Source: Zygnema circumcarinatum SAG 698-1b (lineage: Eukaryota; Plantae; Zygnematophyceae). From it: a DNA stretch of 64,000 nt. Below the pieces are notes generated by a model. That model ran no database searches. It was given only the letters and a program-made list of their open reading frames with translations, and was not told the DNA's origin. The stretch is taken from assembly GCA_037447605.1 (NCBI GenBank), contig CM074806.1, positions 3,782,001 to 3,846,000 on the forward strand, written 5' to 3'. Shown in pieces: positions 50,364 to 64,000 of this stretch. The position numbers were made by a program, and so were the translations under genes. Each line of letters starts with the position of its first letter. Within the stretch, counting starts at the first letter, position 1.

Positions 50364-51329
50364 GTTGAATTGTTTTTTGGGTTGTAGGTTTGTTAGGTAT
50401 TTAAATGAATGCATTTTTTCTTTTTTGTAACTTTATTTATCTATCATCACGCCTCGTGAGATGACCCTCTCGTGACACAGTCACGAGGGGGAATTTATTG
50501 GTAGGAGACGAATGATTCCTCATCGTGTGAAGATGAGGGATCTCATTTTTAGTATATATTTCTTTATTCATCGTTCCATTTGTAATTTGCGGTTGCTTTT
50601 TTGCTTTTCACGAGGAAGAGGTGCTGATTATTAGTTTTTTAATGTGAAAGCCAAAGATATAGATCTTAAACTCATCGTACAACTTCATGTTGGCAGCTTG
50701 TAGTGCAGGCCAATGATCTGGGGTCCGTGGCTCTGTTCATCCATACATGGGCGGAGGGGGTATGAAAGATCACAACCCATTTAAATTTGTTGAACACGAA
50801 CTGATGCATCCAAAGTGGTACTTGATGCTACGTGTTTGCATTCGAGTAAGCATAAACAAAAAACGGATTAAAAACATATAATGATGTAAAACATAACGCA
50901 AGCGGAGGAAGATGAACGTGGCATGTTCTGAAGGTGTGCTCGTGGCGGCACATTTATTTGACAGAGTTCAGTGGTCACATAGAAGGAGAAGAAGTTTTGT
51001 GGGAGAAACCGAGACTTGTTTTACCCGTTGCAATGTGCAACGGCTGCAGCCTCTGAAAATATTGAAAAAATGTGCAACCGCTCGGCCGCCTTGATACAGA
51101 TTGGCTTAGCTTGAATCTCAAACGAGCCAAACATCTGGCGAGGATTTTATATTCTACCTAACTAACAATGAAGGCTCGGACGGCCTGGAGACTGATGAGT
51201 TCTAAGGCAGCTCTTTAAGCGACTCCACTCGTCGTGCCTTGCATCAGTTTCGTGCACGTCCAGCAATTTACTTATTCTTGAGGAAGGAATTTCGAAGTTG
51301 CAGATCACTTAAAAACAGCAACAAGATGT

Positions 51330-54300
51330 CTACTGCCGCACATTCTTTTGGAGGAATCTCAACGCGAGATACCCCAAGAAGCGGAACAGACAGATGAAGG
51401 TGAGAAGAATCGCAACGTCCATCCACTTGTTGGTGCTTCCCAAGCCAGCAGACTCCAAATACTGGGGATCATTGCACACACAAAAGAAGAGGGAACATTA
51501 TCAGTCCGGTATTTCGATGCTTTAAGTCCTCCTCACTCATGACTGGTCCTGTATTGGAGGAGATATAGTACCGTCCTATGATAGCCTCACTACAAAGTCA
51601 GTCACTGAATTGCATAAAATGAAGCGCAGCCTGTACCTGTTGGCCAGTCTGAATGCAGACATCTCCGTTCAGAGAATCGTACAAGAAGCAAGCGCTTGCT
51701 CTGCTTCGATATTCATTCACAAGTAAGGCATCGAAGGGGTACTTGAATATTGATAAGTAGTGAGCCCATATCCAATAGCTCGGAATGTACTGCAAAACGA
51801 CCGATCGATGAATGCGATTATAAGTCCTTCGTATTGTACTTTGCTTAAAACCACGGCAAAAAAGCTGGACTATGTACAAAAACAAAGAAACATAAAATCC
51901 TTCGTGAAAGATTGGGGGTTGATTTGGTAGAAGGAAAGCTTTTTGGCGGTCAAATACCTCCTGCGCTATAAAGTATCCGGAAAAGAGAAAGCAAGCTCCC
52001 AATATGCCAGCTACCATCGAATTCCCAGTGATGTAGTTGGGGGAGATGGCCCTGCGCAGATCAAGGGGGAGACTCAAATTCGGTCTTTTCAAACTTTCCT
52101 AGGAGCTTTTGAGAAATTTATGTGAGCGGATGGAGGGGTAAACTTACGCAAAGCATGCGACAATTGAGTTCGCACTCAGCAGAACGAGCCAAACCACAAG
52201 TACGAAGAAGAGAAAGGCTCCGAAATTGGGGCTAAATCCGACCAGCCAATATGCTGGAGTTGAGAACAGGAGTGCCAAAACGAGGAGGAAGGGCATGAAG
52301 ACGAGGGTGCTGCCAGGAATAAGAAAAAGCTTGTAAGTGGTATTTGTATGCTTTAGATTGCTTTAGATTTGTTTGTACGGATCGCAGGGAAGCATGCACC
52401 ACTGTAAATCGAAAGTGAGAAGCTATGCAGAGACGCCTTCCTTCCAACCATTTTGTGTGCATGGAAACAGCGTGCTTATCATAGTTTTAAGGTTTTTAGG
52501 CAAATGCAAATGCCATGGAAAGGAGTAGATGTACAAAAACATTACCTCGCAAAAAGATAAGATGAGGTTCGGTATGCTCCTCGTGTTGTCTCCCGCATCA
52601 AAATCTGTCGTTCCTGTACCGCGGGGAGTTTCACATGCCAGCATGAGTATGAATATCTTCAGTCAAGCGGTGCCTAGTGCAGGTTTTTTTTTGAATTTTC
52701 TGAAAATTCCGATGCATGATGTGCATGACTATTTATTATTTACTTTTTATTGAAGCAATTGAGCCTTGAGAATTCAGAATCGTGGGCTGTGTGCCGAACC
52801 TGCAAGAAGATTGGCAGTGCTTCAACAGACGAAGTGAGGAGGAAGGCCAAGGAGAAGGCGAGGAAGCCCAAGCGCTCCTGCACCTCCGCAAAGATGTGAT
52901 GGGGAAGGGAAAATTTAGGATAATTTAGGGTATGATTGTGGAGGTCATTCACTGGACAATTAGTTTTTATCCTGGATTGGACCTGAGGACTGAGAAAAAC
53001 TGGAGAATTGTGTTAATGTTCAGAGTTTTTATAGCTGGCGAATCACGGAAAGAGGTAAGTTAAATGTGCTTACGACTTGGCCTCGCGTGTCATTGTGAAC
53101 GTGGAGGAAGAGAGTGCCCAAAGACACTCCGCAAACTGCAACTTGGGCGGCTCTTCCATTGAAGAGCTCCTTCGTACGGAAAATATTCTGCATGCAGCAA
53201 CACTGCATCGTTACCATCTTGCAAACAAAGAAATCATTTCCTCCGAAGGCTCCGATGTTTTTAAGAAACGTAAATGTGTACAAATAAAAATGAAACATGA
53301 CACGTACGCTGCATCTGCCAAAAAATTTCGAAGTAAAATTCTGCATGCTGTACCGCGCCATAAAATGAGAAGGACACCTTTTTAAAATGACATTTTTATG
53401 ATCCAAAACTGTACCTTGTAATACCGGGTGGCGAGAGTCCACGTTTCTTGCATGGGCGAGCAAGCAAAGCCGATAGGTTCAGAACTGAGGTCGCTTCCCG
53501 GCAGTCCATGGCTGCCAGTGGCCCCTTCCGCGTCCTCTCCCTCCTCTGAACTCAGAGGGGGCTCGTCCGCAAAGACAACAGTGCGCAGCTTCTCGGATAG
53601 TTCCTCGTGCGATGTCCACATTTTCCGAGAGCTCCGCTCCGAGACAGTCAGTTTTCTGTATTGCTGTAAACAGAAAATAGAGAATTGGAATCAGATTCTC
53701 GTAGCGTCTACCTTCGCACGAGCAAAAGGATCCAAACGAATCCCCCGAAACATATTTACTCTCCCACGTGAAATGACTGAAGAAGTTCAACTTGCCTCCC
53801 AGAAAAATGTTCAGTACCTGAAGGTCTAAAGCGTCAATCGCATATTCCAGAGGGTTGACTCGCGGCGGAATCTCTTCCCCCGCCATTCGGAAGCGCAGTT
53901 CCAATGCATCCAAAGTCCCGTGATGAACAACGGAGCCTTGTGAAAGGAGAAGCAGGTTGTGGAAGAGCTCAAGAATACGAAAACTTGGCTGCACTTTACA
54001 ACAGAGCAAACCCACAAACTTCAGCTTTGAAAACCAATACCCCCCCTTTGAAATTTCCATCACTGCATGTTGAACTTGCATCGAAGTCAGTCCCGACATG
54101 GTGATGGCGCCCGAGCCATCCTGCCTGATGAATGGAGAGGATGATCGTCCGGCGGCCATGCACGGCCATGTCGTGCAGCACTTCGATGATGTTGAGCGCC
54201 GCGGTGCTGTCCAGGCCCGAGGTCGGCTCGTCGAGGAGCAGCACGGGCGGGTCGTGGATTAGGTCAACTCCGATCGAAACGCGCCGCCGCTCTCCGCCCG

Positions 54301-55758
54301 ACACGCCGCGCACGTCCTCGTTTCCAATGCGAGTCTCAGCAGCCCCCTGAGGAGAGAAGGAGGAGGGAACGTTGGAGAATACTTTTTTTTTTCTTAAGAA
54401 TGTTTTGTAAGACTCTCTCTACTCTAGTGAAGAGTGGAATTTTAAAGGTTTAGTTTCTCAGATGCGAAAAAAGGGTATTTTTCGGCTGTAAGTCATGAAC
54501 GCATGATGGGTCTATGTCTTCTTTCTTTAGCTTACGGTTGAAGGTTAAGCTTTTGGAATGGCTGAGGTCGACTTACCTTCAAGCCGAGTTCTTGGATTAG
54601 GTCTTCGACTCGCTTGCATTTTTCGCTCAAGGACATGGCCCCTGGCAGGCGCAAGCGGGCGCTGTAGAGGAGTGTCTCGCGCACTGTGAGCATGGGAAAC
54701 AGCGCATCATCCTGCATCACATAACCTGGAAGGACAAGACAAAAAATCAGGGTTTTTAGGGTTTTTAAAAAAAAGAGAGACATCGTAGTTAGAGTTTTCC
54801 TGAGGAGTCTTTGGTGGCAAGATCCTTTTAAAATTGCTAATAATCTTTTTTTTTCTGCTCTCAGAGCTTCCTGGTAGATTAAATGCCTAAAGACATCGAA
54901 AATATGGGTGGGCAAGGCAAAACCCTAAAAACCCTAATCACGTGTTTGTTGGGTTTTGGGAAAGTTCAATGCAAGCACCCCCGCCTACCTGTTATCCGCC
55001 GGAAGTACTTGACATGCACCGGCTTTTCGTTCACCAAAATTTCACCTTCCAAACTCTTGGGGTTGATCCGCCCCCCCAGAGCGTCCAAGAGAGTGGACTT
55101 CCCTGCTCCACTTGGACCCGCCACTGCCAGAATTTCGCCAGGATTTGCTTTACAGTTGATATTTTTCAACAAGTACGAGCTTGATGGCTCGTTTGGCGAT
55201 GGATCAACTGCAGGGTTAACTTTTCTGGGCGTTGAACAGCTCTTCGAGGACGTCGATGGCAGGAGCGCGTCTGGAATAATGCTTTGTTTACCCTTTTGCA
55301 CTTTGTAACTAAGGTTCTTCATCGAGATTTTGAAAGTCTTTGACTGTTCGTTCCTTGTCAATTGGCTGCATTGCCCTTCCCCTCTTCAACTATCAGCATT
55401 GATAACAGGCAAACCAACATGGCAAGCAAAAGAAGACACATATGACTATATGAGGGGAGAATCATAACACCATCAAATCCCATGCAAGGGGCGCTTTTTA
55501 CAACATCTCTAAAAACCCTAAGAACCCTACAAACCATAGACAAATGTAGATGTACCTTTCTTGTGGTAAGTCGATGCTGACTGTCGCTGGGGCGCTGACC
55601 TTCACTTTGAGCTGATGATCGCTGGGTGCCATTTGAGAACGAGCAAGCCTTTGGGCCATCGACGCATCCGCAGGACGTAACTCAAAATTGTTGTTCAAGT
55701 ATATGGCATCCATGTCTTGGAACGTCCACATGTCAGTCCCACCACGTGCACCCCTCAT
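51330..55758 (-). CDS. Half-size ABC transporter G family (NBD-TMD, WBC type), similar to the ABCG5/8/10 clade
   Basis: Walker [18 protein letters not shown], signature [12 protein letters not shown], Walker [19 protein letters not shown], then [48 protein letters not shown] and C-terminal [24 protein letters not shown]. Confidence 0.95.
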
Positions 55759-56589
55759 GGCGGTGCTTACATGTACATCTGTAGGGTCGAAATCCTGAAC
55801 GAAAAGGAAAGGGAAGTTGAAGGTGTCACAAGGTCGATTTTAAGTTATACAGGAGAATGATGTCACTTGAATCTCATGAACTTGTGTATGGGCATACATG
55901 AAGCTTGCCTTTTCCTTGTCCAAGGCAAGGCCAGCTGTAAAACGAGTAACAAGGGGTCTATATGGGTCCTTAACTATGGGCTATGGGTGATGCCTACGGA
56001 TGAAGTCCTTATTCAAGTTCATTGCAATGTTACGGTGAACGACGATCATGCTTTGGGATGAATTCAAGGTTTCATGTGGATGCTTCGCCATGCTATAGCG
56101 CCATTCCAGCAGCATAACGCACGGTTCTACACATGCATGGCATGTCTCGGACACCGAATTTGGAGAAGCAGATAGGAAAATCTGTCTCCTATGACATTTT
56201 TTCTCATTTTTTTTTGTTCGCTTTCTTGCCTATCCCAATGTACATCTGCCTACAACCTGACAAGCGCACGCAACGACACTAACGCAGAAACCCGGACTCA
56301 TACCCACCTTTCCCCCAAAATCCAAAAACAAGTATCTAAATGACATCCACCCCTAAACCCTGAAGCCCCATGGCCCCCCATGCCTTCCCTCCAAATCCTC
56401 CACTTCACAAAACCCCGCCCAAAGGCTCGAGTCCTCAGTCTCCTGACCTGAATCTCTCCTGCAGAAGCTTTCCTCGGCTGAACCATCTTCCTTCCCTCCC
56501 TTTCAGTGCAGCCGCTGCTCTCGTCTTGTCTCCCCGTCGTCGTCGTCCTCCCGGCCGGCCTGCCCTCTTCTGCAAGGCTCTGCATGACC

Positions 56590-57430
56590 CGGCGGCCGCC
56601 GCCCCTTTACGGCGCGCGGCGGCGGCCCGACCTCTCGTCGTTCCGTCGCCGGCGCTTCTCGAGGGCGGCCGAGTCGGGACACTTTTGTCGGCGCGCTGAC
56701 ATGGCGACCGCTCACTGGCTGCCGGCTCGCCGCTCGGACGGACGGTCACGGTCGGCTGTCCGTCCGTCCGTCCGTCCGTCCATCCGTCGGTCGGTCGGTC
56801 GGACGTCGGTCGGATGTCGGACTGATGACCTTGGCGCGCAGTGAGACTGTGACACGACGTGACGTGACTCACTCAATACGGTTCGGTCGGGCTGTCGGTC
56901 CGCTCTCATCGCTCTTTTGTCGTTTCTGTCCCCCGCCGCCAACGGTTGGATTTTGCAGGGCTGACGCGGCACACGGAGGGGTACAGCTCGCCGTCGATTA
57001 CACTTGTGATGTATCGCAGCCGTCGTTTTCCTAGCAGGAAAAGGCTTATCCAGCGCCCATGCTATCTGCGCCGTCGGTCGCACTTGCAGAAGCCAAGGCC
57101 GTCCGATTGATGGCGTCACATAGGACACGACACGTGGCGCTCCTGTCAGTCATAGGCGGGTCCACGAGCGCTCATTGGAAGACGCTGTTGTGATGGATCC
57201 GCATCCGTCAAAAAAATCGCCACGTGTTATTAAACAGCTGTTTTGCCCGGTCGAATGCCACGTGTCACCTTGAGGGTTTTGCTCTTGCCTTCGCCACGTG
57301 TCATCACAGGAAAATTCTGAAGAAATCCTAACCCCACCCTCCACCCTCCACCCTCCACCCTCCACCTGGACATCCTCGAGCTCCAAAACCCTCGAACCTT
57401 TTCAGCCTTAAACCCTAAACCCTAGTACGG
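56590..57430. promoter_or_regulatory. Bidirectional promoter island between ABCG and RimP-like genes, ending in tandem telo-boxes (AAACCCTA at 57410 and 57417)
   Basis: (CCGT)n/(CGGT)n runs at 56759-56810, CACGTG motifs, and AAACCCTAAACCCTA about 140 bp upstream of the RimP start. Telo-boxes are known in promoters of plant translation-machinery genes. Confidence 0.5.
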
Positions 57431-57563
57431 TAGCCCTTTGAACTCCCAAAAACTGTGCAGAACCTAAGAAAGACTTCCAGTCACTGTTTTACGGGCACAT
57501 GCAGAACTGGCCCTATTCTACCTTGCGCAGTTTCGGTTACAGTTGCAGTTGAACTGCCCGCGC

Positions 57564-60466
57564 ATGGAGACGGCCGCTCAAAGCCCCCTTCTTCTCCGCC
57601 TTCTGTCTGCCGCGGCGAGACTATGTCTGTGAGGCAACGCCTCCTGCTGCTGCTGCTGCTGCGGACGCCTCGCCCTCCCGCCATGGCCACGGCCTCCGTT
57701 ACTCTTCCGGCCATGTCGGCCTGCAGCAGGCGCCTCACAGATAGGAGGGAGGTGGAGAGTGTGTTTCTTGCAGGATTTCACTCAACGAGCTCCTCCCCTT
57801 CCTTTGGCAGTAAGGGAGAGAGGAGCCTCCCTTCCTGCCGCAGCAGTGCAGGCCTGTTTAGACTTGCATCCCGACGCAGGATGTCTCTGGAATTGCAGGC
57901 AAAGCAGGATTCGGGGGAGGTGGAAGAGCGTGAGCAAGGGAAGAAAAAGAAGGAGAAGAAGAAGAAGGCTGGGAAAAAGGAGGAGCAGGAGGTGGAGGAG
58001 GGGGAGGAGCAGGCGGAGGTTACGTGGGCAGATGTGATCGCAGAGGAGGGCGAGATTTCGGCTGGTGAGGAGCAGAGCGGTGAAATGGCAAGTGGAGGGG
58101 ATGAGGTGAACTGGGACCTTACTGAAGAAGGTGCGTCTGAATGTCAGGAGAATGGGGCACTGAATTTTGATTCAAGCTTTCCAATGCCGTTCTTCTTCCT
58201 TTTCTTTTTGAAACATAGCTTCCCTTTATTTTTGACTGTTGTCCTGTAGACTTGGTTTAGTTTCTGAAGCTCCCTGAATTTGAACTGTGGAGCTGCATGG
58301 GTGTGTCTTTGTTTGATAGGATGTCTCTCCAGTTCTGATGTAAACAGGACGTTGAACAGGCACGGTAGTGGAAAATTCTTCTTTAAAAAAAAAAAAAACG
58401 AACACCATCTTTGGGGCAAGACCTTCGACCGCTCTTTATCCGCTCCAGTGGATTTTTTTCCGTATGATTGAGGCCACTTACATATTTCTCGATTGGAAAG
58501 AGGGAACGCGGGAAAGGACGTTGGATAATTGAATTCATTAAATTCATCCTGCTCCTCTTTCAAACATAGGAAAAGATTGACAGACAGACAGACTTCGACA
58601 GACCCTATGGGCATCAGCAATATGTATATGTGCATACTTTGAGTATTAACTTTTCTAAAGAAATTCAATGAGTTTCAACTCAAAAAGGCATGTTGCATAA
58701 CAGGATGGAATGCATTGACACTCAAATTCATTTCAGATATAAGCAAAAAAATTGACGACTTGAAAAGTGTCAGGTCCGTATGCAATGTACGCAAACCTTA
58801 GAAAAGTGATATTACAGATGCCCTGAGGCATACAAATCAGCACAGGAGAGTTGAAGTCTGCAAGCAGGCCCTCGTTGGCTTACTGACCGGCTAAAATAGT
58901 GGTGATTTGGAACTATGGACCTACAGAAGCAGCAGAGCTGGAGCTGGAGATCGCGGAACAGGTGGATGCTGAATTGGAAAATGTTGAAGATGACATATGG
59001 GGAGATTTTGAGGAGGATGTTGAGGCCGAGGTAAGCAACTGTTCCAGACCTGATGCGGCTATATATGCTATTGGGAACTTTACAACAGAACGCTGTTGTC
59101 TGGGAATCAAGGATCTTGGGCTAGGCTCAGATTTTTGTAGGGGGCGCGAGTCGTATCTTCATATATGAGCAGAGATAGGCATTAAAGGGGCGACGTCGTA
59201 AATGACCATGAAGTGCATGCCATCATGTGAGCCAAGCTTTCATTCATTCTGCCATCATTGGATTTGTTTGAAACCAGGTGAGCGAAGCTCTGGCTTACTG
59301 CCATGAATTGCAACCATAATTGGAGTTGTTTGCATAAGACAAAGAAGGGTTGAGGCCTATTGCTTGCAAATCATTACAATGACCGTTCTGAAAACTCCAA
59401 GAACCGAGGTCATAATGGCTGTGAACATTTCCTTACTGCTGAGTGTGCTTCCGAGTGTGATGCTGGGTTGCTGACAAGGAGTCAGCCATAATGGGAGGAG
59501 TGAAAAGGATGAAATGCTATGCAGGTTGGGAGAGGGGAGACCTCAACTGAGAATGTTTGGAGGGGCTTTGGCAGGCTGGAGATGGCGCCGACGGAGGAGG
59601 AGTTGTGTTGGGAGGTGCTTCGTGGGGTGAAATGGTGCTTGCTAAAACAGAGGCCCTGTTACAGGAGGACAAGCATGAGGGACTTGCTTTGTACGCCTTC
59701 CAAGCTGTACCAAGCCAAGGCCTTCTTCGCGTGCGGTTGGACAAGTTGTCAGACAGGTGAAACGAAGTGCTCAAAATCTTTTTGACACGTGCATGAATTT
59801 TACATCCCTACTCGTCGATTGACACAGAAGAATAGTAGTACTAGGGGGATAGGGTGAATGTGGAACACAAGAATCATAGGAGCTTAGATATAATTAAGAG
59901 CTTGTGCTGGCTGTTGATGTATCAGGTATGGCTCACCCACTCTACAAGACATAGAAGACTTTTCCCGAGACTTAAACCAAATTCTCGAAAGTATGGCTGC
60001 AAGCAACACTATCCCGAACGACATCGCGCTCGAGGTCAGCTTTCCTTGTTTGCAACGTAACTATAAAGAGTATCCTGTATCAATGTGAAAGAGTGATGCA
60101 TTTCAGTATTGAGAAAATAGGCCATACAAATTTCGATCGCTGCTGAAAATTGCGGCTGCACTTTGGAAATCGCAGGTATCATCGCCTGGAGCGGAGCGTG
60201 TGCTAAGGATACCAGGCGAGCTTGAGCGGTTTAAAGATATCCCCATGTATATCCGCTACAGTGAGGGGGATGCAGAAAAACACGAAGTTTTTAATATTGT
60301 AGAAGTCGATGCTGTTAATGGATTAACAAAATGGAAAGTAGCCAATGTCAGAATCAATCGGGAGGCAGCGGGGAAAGGCCGAGGGTTGAATAAGAAGCAA
60401 AGAGATAGGGTTATTGATATATCGTTGGAAAACCTCAGGATGGTGCGGTTGTACATAGACATTTGA
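57564..60466 (+). CDS. Organellar ribosome maturation factor RimP-like / DUF150 protein (At1g69210-like); start at 57564 (with intron 57630-57726) or 57623
   Basis: Transit-like, then acidic N-terminus; AGDGADGGGVVL...WGE, VRLDKLSDRYGSPTLQDIEDFSR, IPNDIALEVSSPGAERVLRIP...ERFKDIPM, WKVANVRINR...KGRGLNKKQRD. LEVSSPG is the RimP hallmark. Confidence 0.9.
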
Positions 60467-61021
60467 GGACGAGTGACGTTTCTGCAGTCATGGAGCGCTC
60501 CTCGTGTGGCTGTTTGGCTTTCAAGTTGTGGCACTCATGCCCTCATGTCCTTGTTCGCCATGGTCCCTTCCATGCCATTGCTTAACTTAGTGTCTGAATT
60601 CATGGAATGGTGGGTGATGATGATGGGGTAAGTCGAACATCACACATGTGAAGTATCCCAACCATGAGGCCCTCCAAGTTTTTGTGCCGTACCCTATGAT
60701 GGTGTCTTCCAATGGTTGTACAATTGAGGCATGTTCGTAGCGGGTGAGCGGTAGAGCATGAAGTTCACCTTGCGACATGTTGTGGCCCAACAACAAGTCC
60801 CCTCTAGCCAGCCCAACACCCTCCAAAACGTGGTCACTAAATAGACGGTGATCTATGTCCCAACCTGCCCAAAATTTCGCCCCACATAATAGAACGGGAA
60901 TTCACGGCCCCACATAGAGCCTTGGCCAGAGCACAGCCGCCTGCTGTGCACGCTGCTGCTCGCGCCGCCTTCGACTTGCGGCTGCTGAGAGGAGGAGGAG
61001 GAGGAGGAGGAGACGGCCGCC

Positions 61022-64000
61022 ATGGTGAAGTATGTGGTTGTGACGGGGGGCGTGGTTAGCGGGCTGGGGAAGGGCGTCACTGCCAGCAGCATCGGCGTGC
61101 TGCTGCGGGCCACGGGGCTGCGGGTCACCTCCATCAAGATTGGTGAGGAGCTTCAAGAATCTGTTTAATGAGCTGAGAGGAGAGGAGAGAAGGGGGAAAG
61201 GGGAGTTCAGCCTGCAGCTTGCAGTTAGGTATTGAATGAAGGTGTTTGGCACCGCTTGCAGACCCCTATATCAATACGGATGCCGGGACCATGTCTCCCT
61301 TCGAGCACGGGGAGGTGTTTGTGCTGGATGACGGCGGCGAGGTGCGTCTGTTTCTGTTTCAGCTTAATTCGTCTTTTTTTTTGTCTAATTGGGAAGTCAA
61401 AAGCTTTCCTTTGGAAGTATTGGAGGGTGCAGGGCCTCTTCTGAAGTGGCTGAAGGGGGCAGGGCGTGAGCGCTGCAGGTGGATTTGGACCTTGGAAACT
61501 ATGAAAGATTCTTAGACATTACCCTTACCCGTGATAACAACATTACTACCGGGAAAGTCTATCAGGTACTGCACATAGGAAGTGATGTCACTCTAATTTG
61601 GAAATCTTTTGGAAGCTCAAAGATGGATTAGTTCAAACTTTTGGCAAAGGACAATAAAGTAGCTAAAGCAATGTCAAGAATTTTTTTTATCTGTTTAGCG
61701 TAGGGTTTGTGTTGGTTGAAGTTTGGGGAGAGAGGCAAGGCATGCATTGCCTTATAGAAATGTTTGGGGTTCAAGCGGACCTGAAAAATCAAGTTCAGCT
61801 AATTCGCCAATGCGACCCTAACATTGTTGCGAGTCTTGGGTTAAATGCGCTTGAAAGCGCTAATAATTTCGGTGCATGTGTTACAAAGGCTGCGTTAGAG
61901 GGGATTTGGCAATCACGGATGATTGGAACTCATTGGCTGAGCACTAAAAAAACCGGTCTGGAAGTTCCTAAATAGCTGATGGAGCTCGGGCGAATGCCGA
62001 ACTGGCCTGTTGGGGGTGCAGAGGGTTATTGAAAAGGAGCGAAAAGGTGACTATCTTGGGAAGACAGTACAGGTGAAAGTTTTATCTGTCGCTGAGGTTG
62101 GATGAAATGTTGAACTTAGCCAAACACGAGGCAGCCTTTCCACTTTGTTTTTAAAAAAAATGTCAGTGGCGTATGTGACAGGTGGTTCCACACATAACTG
62201 ACGCCATACAGGACTGGATTGAGCGTGTGGCTCGAGTATCGGTAGATGGTTCAGGGGAGTCGGCGGACGTGTGTATTATTGAGCTTGGTGGCACTATTGG
62301 TATGTTGTCGGTCACAGAGAGGGGAAACATTGCTGTGCTGCTAGGGAGATTATGTCAACACGGTCTAGAATGAGGTTCATTGCACTTTAATGAGAAAGTT
62401 ACTACTTTCGTGAACTCAATTAATTGGAAGTTGTGCAATCATGCCAGGTGAATTGCAATAGCAGTGATCGAGACAGGCCTTTAAAGTTATATGGATTCTC
62501 CTGTATCAAAGGCATTTTGCACGACAACGATGCATGCTGAAATTTCACAATTTTGTTTACTGGACTGTTGGTTGGCATCAGGTGACATTGAATCTATGCC
62601 ATTTGTGGAGGCACTCCGTCAGTTTCAGTTTCGAGTAGGTGAGTAGCCATCCAAAACGGATCCTTTAGCCTCTTGCTTATGTGATCAGCAAGTTGACTAA
62701 AGTGGAACAGTTCCTTGGTTATCGCAGGCTCGGACAGCTTTTGTCTGGTGCATGTCAGCCTTGTACCAGTGCTTGGAGTGGTGGGCGAGCAGGTGCTGAC
62801 TCTGAATCCCAAACTTACAGTTTTTTAGGCTGATTGTAGACATTCGTGGCACCTCAGAGCTGCAGTGTTTTTTATATTTTCCATAGAGACGGATCCCTTG
62901 CCCAGAATTTTGTTCTGTCAAATTCAGGTTACTTTGTGCCTATGGATTTTTTTTTGGATGTGAAATCTGCCTCGTGCCTTGCCTTCGATTACGAATTTCA
63001 GTGGAAGGAGAATGTGGAAAATGCATGCATGGTGGCCCGATCGCTAACAGATTTGGACACTGAGGGAATGCAGAAGACAAAGCCCAGTCAACACAGTGTG
63101 AGAGAGCTGCGAGCGCTTGGGCTTACCCCTCACATCCTCGCTTGCCGCAGTGCGCAGGTGGGCACTGGAGAGTTTTCTAGCATGGGAGGAGCTTGCTGAA
63201 TGCAGGTCTGCAGGTGCATCATGCAATGCATTCGCTCTGTAGCACAGTGTGCTCGATTTTGTAGAACTCTGTGCACCTTGAACTTTAAACATTTACTGAA
63301 AGGGAGGGCAGGCACTACATTGTCGATATTAATTCAAGGTTGTCAGATTAGACTGTTTCCTCGTTTGTTAAAATGGATTCAATGCCTTGTATAGCTAATT
63401 TATGGCATCCATTACGAATGCGATGGCGAAAACACCGTGTCTCATTGAATGTGACTTTGTACAAGTACTTAGTTTGATTAGCTCCGTCTGACATTTTACA
63501 TCGAGGCCTTCCTTTTGGGGTTGATGGAGGTGCAGCCACTGCAGCAGGCAACTAAGGAAAAGTTAGCGCAGTTCTGCCATGTTCCGGTGGGTAGGATGGA
63601 GGATCCTATTGAGGCCTATTCCTTCGGCTGTGTAATTTTGCAAACTGAAGCATTTGAAGCCGGTCAGAAGGCATCTGAGAATTGCAACTGGGATGATGGA
63701 TTTTAGTTCACATTTTGCGGGTTTGCAGGCACACCATGTCCTCAACCTTCATGATGTCAGCAACATCTGGCATGTTCCATTGCTGCTCGAGGTATATGGC
63801 GTTCCACGCTCTAACATTAACGCTTAAGGACACGACTTTGAAGCTGCACATTGAGAAGGCTCGCACAGGAATTCGTTTTGTAAAGGAAAAAAGGGGTCAA
63901 CGGAGTGCAGGCACAGGGAGGCCATACAGCTATTTTGAAGCAGCTTAATTTGAGGTGAGATACAACTTCCGCATTGTTGATAGTTAGCAGCCTGACCCTA
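61022..64000 (+). CDS. CTPS: CTP synthase, 5' part (continues beyond the window)
   Basis: [116 protein letters not shown]. Confidence 0.98.

Noticed and set aside
54740-55540. TTTTAGGG/CCCTAAAA words suggesting interstitial telomere arrays
   Set aside because: Only 2-3 imperfect units inside ABCG introns; similar isolated units occur in other introns.
57564-57632. Apparent overlapping uORF (METAAQSPLLLRLLSAAARLCL*) ahead of RimP
   Set aside because: A GTGAGG donor at 57630 and an acceptor at 57726 join it in frame to the main ORF, so it is more simply exon 1.
60587-60826. Minus-strand ORF with IIGYGTKTWRASWLGY, faintly chromodomain/retroelement-like
   Set aside because: Too short and degenerate, with no LTR, integrase or RT context.

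Overview
Eukaryotic, intron-rich, gene-dense plant-type DNA. My inference is a streptophyte alga, probably Zygnematophyceae, because the GRAS genes carry introns and the promoters are very GC/CpG-rich. I assembled 12 protein-coding genes by eye from GT-AG splice sites. In order: plastid SecY2/SCY2 (+, 47-6939); three paralogues of a two-exon protein family I do not recognise (9010-14973; -,+,-); a head-to-head pair of intron-containing GRAS genes (18646-28310); a single-pass receptor-like kinase (+); an RBM34/Nop12-like RRM protein (-); an LRR-VIII-1/HPCA1-like LRR receptor kinase (+); a half-size ABCG transporter (-); a plastid RimP/DUF150 protein (+); and the 5' part of CTP synthase (+). Most genes sit as divergent pairs around CG- and GTAC-rich promoter islands. 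The main leads are: (i) the unknown three-gene family with conserved SPxxxFDFP, RxxSLP (14-3-3/SnRK-type) and CDE-x3-EAARxRVKxAAWxVMxAEQ motifs; (ii) both adjacent GRAS proteins keep a complete methyltransferase-type D-x-G-x-G-x-G SAM-binding loop, which the land-plant GRAS subfamilies I know have degenerated; (iii) dense GTAC, ABRE and DRE clusters across this 9-28 kb block; (iv) a predicted ~59-aa insertion in the TM8-TM9 loop of SCY2. I found no tRNA, rRNA, CRISPR array or recognisable transposon. All gene models are manual and no searches were run.
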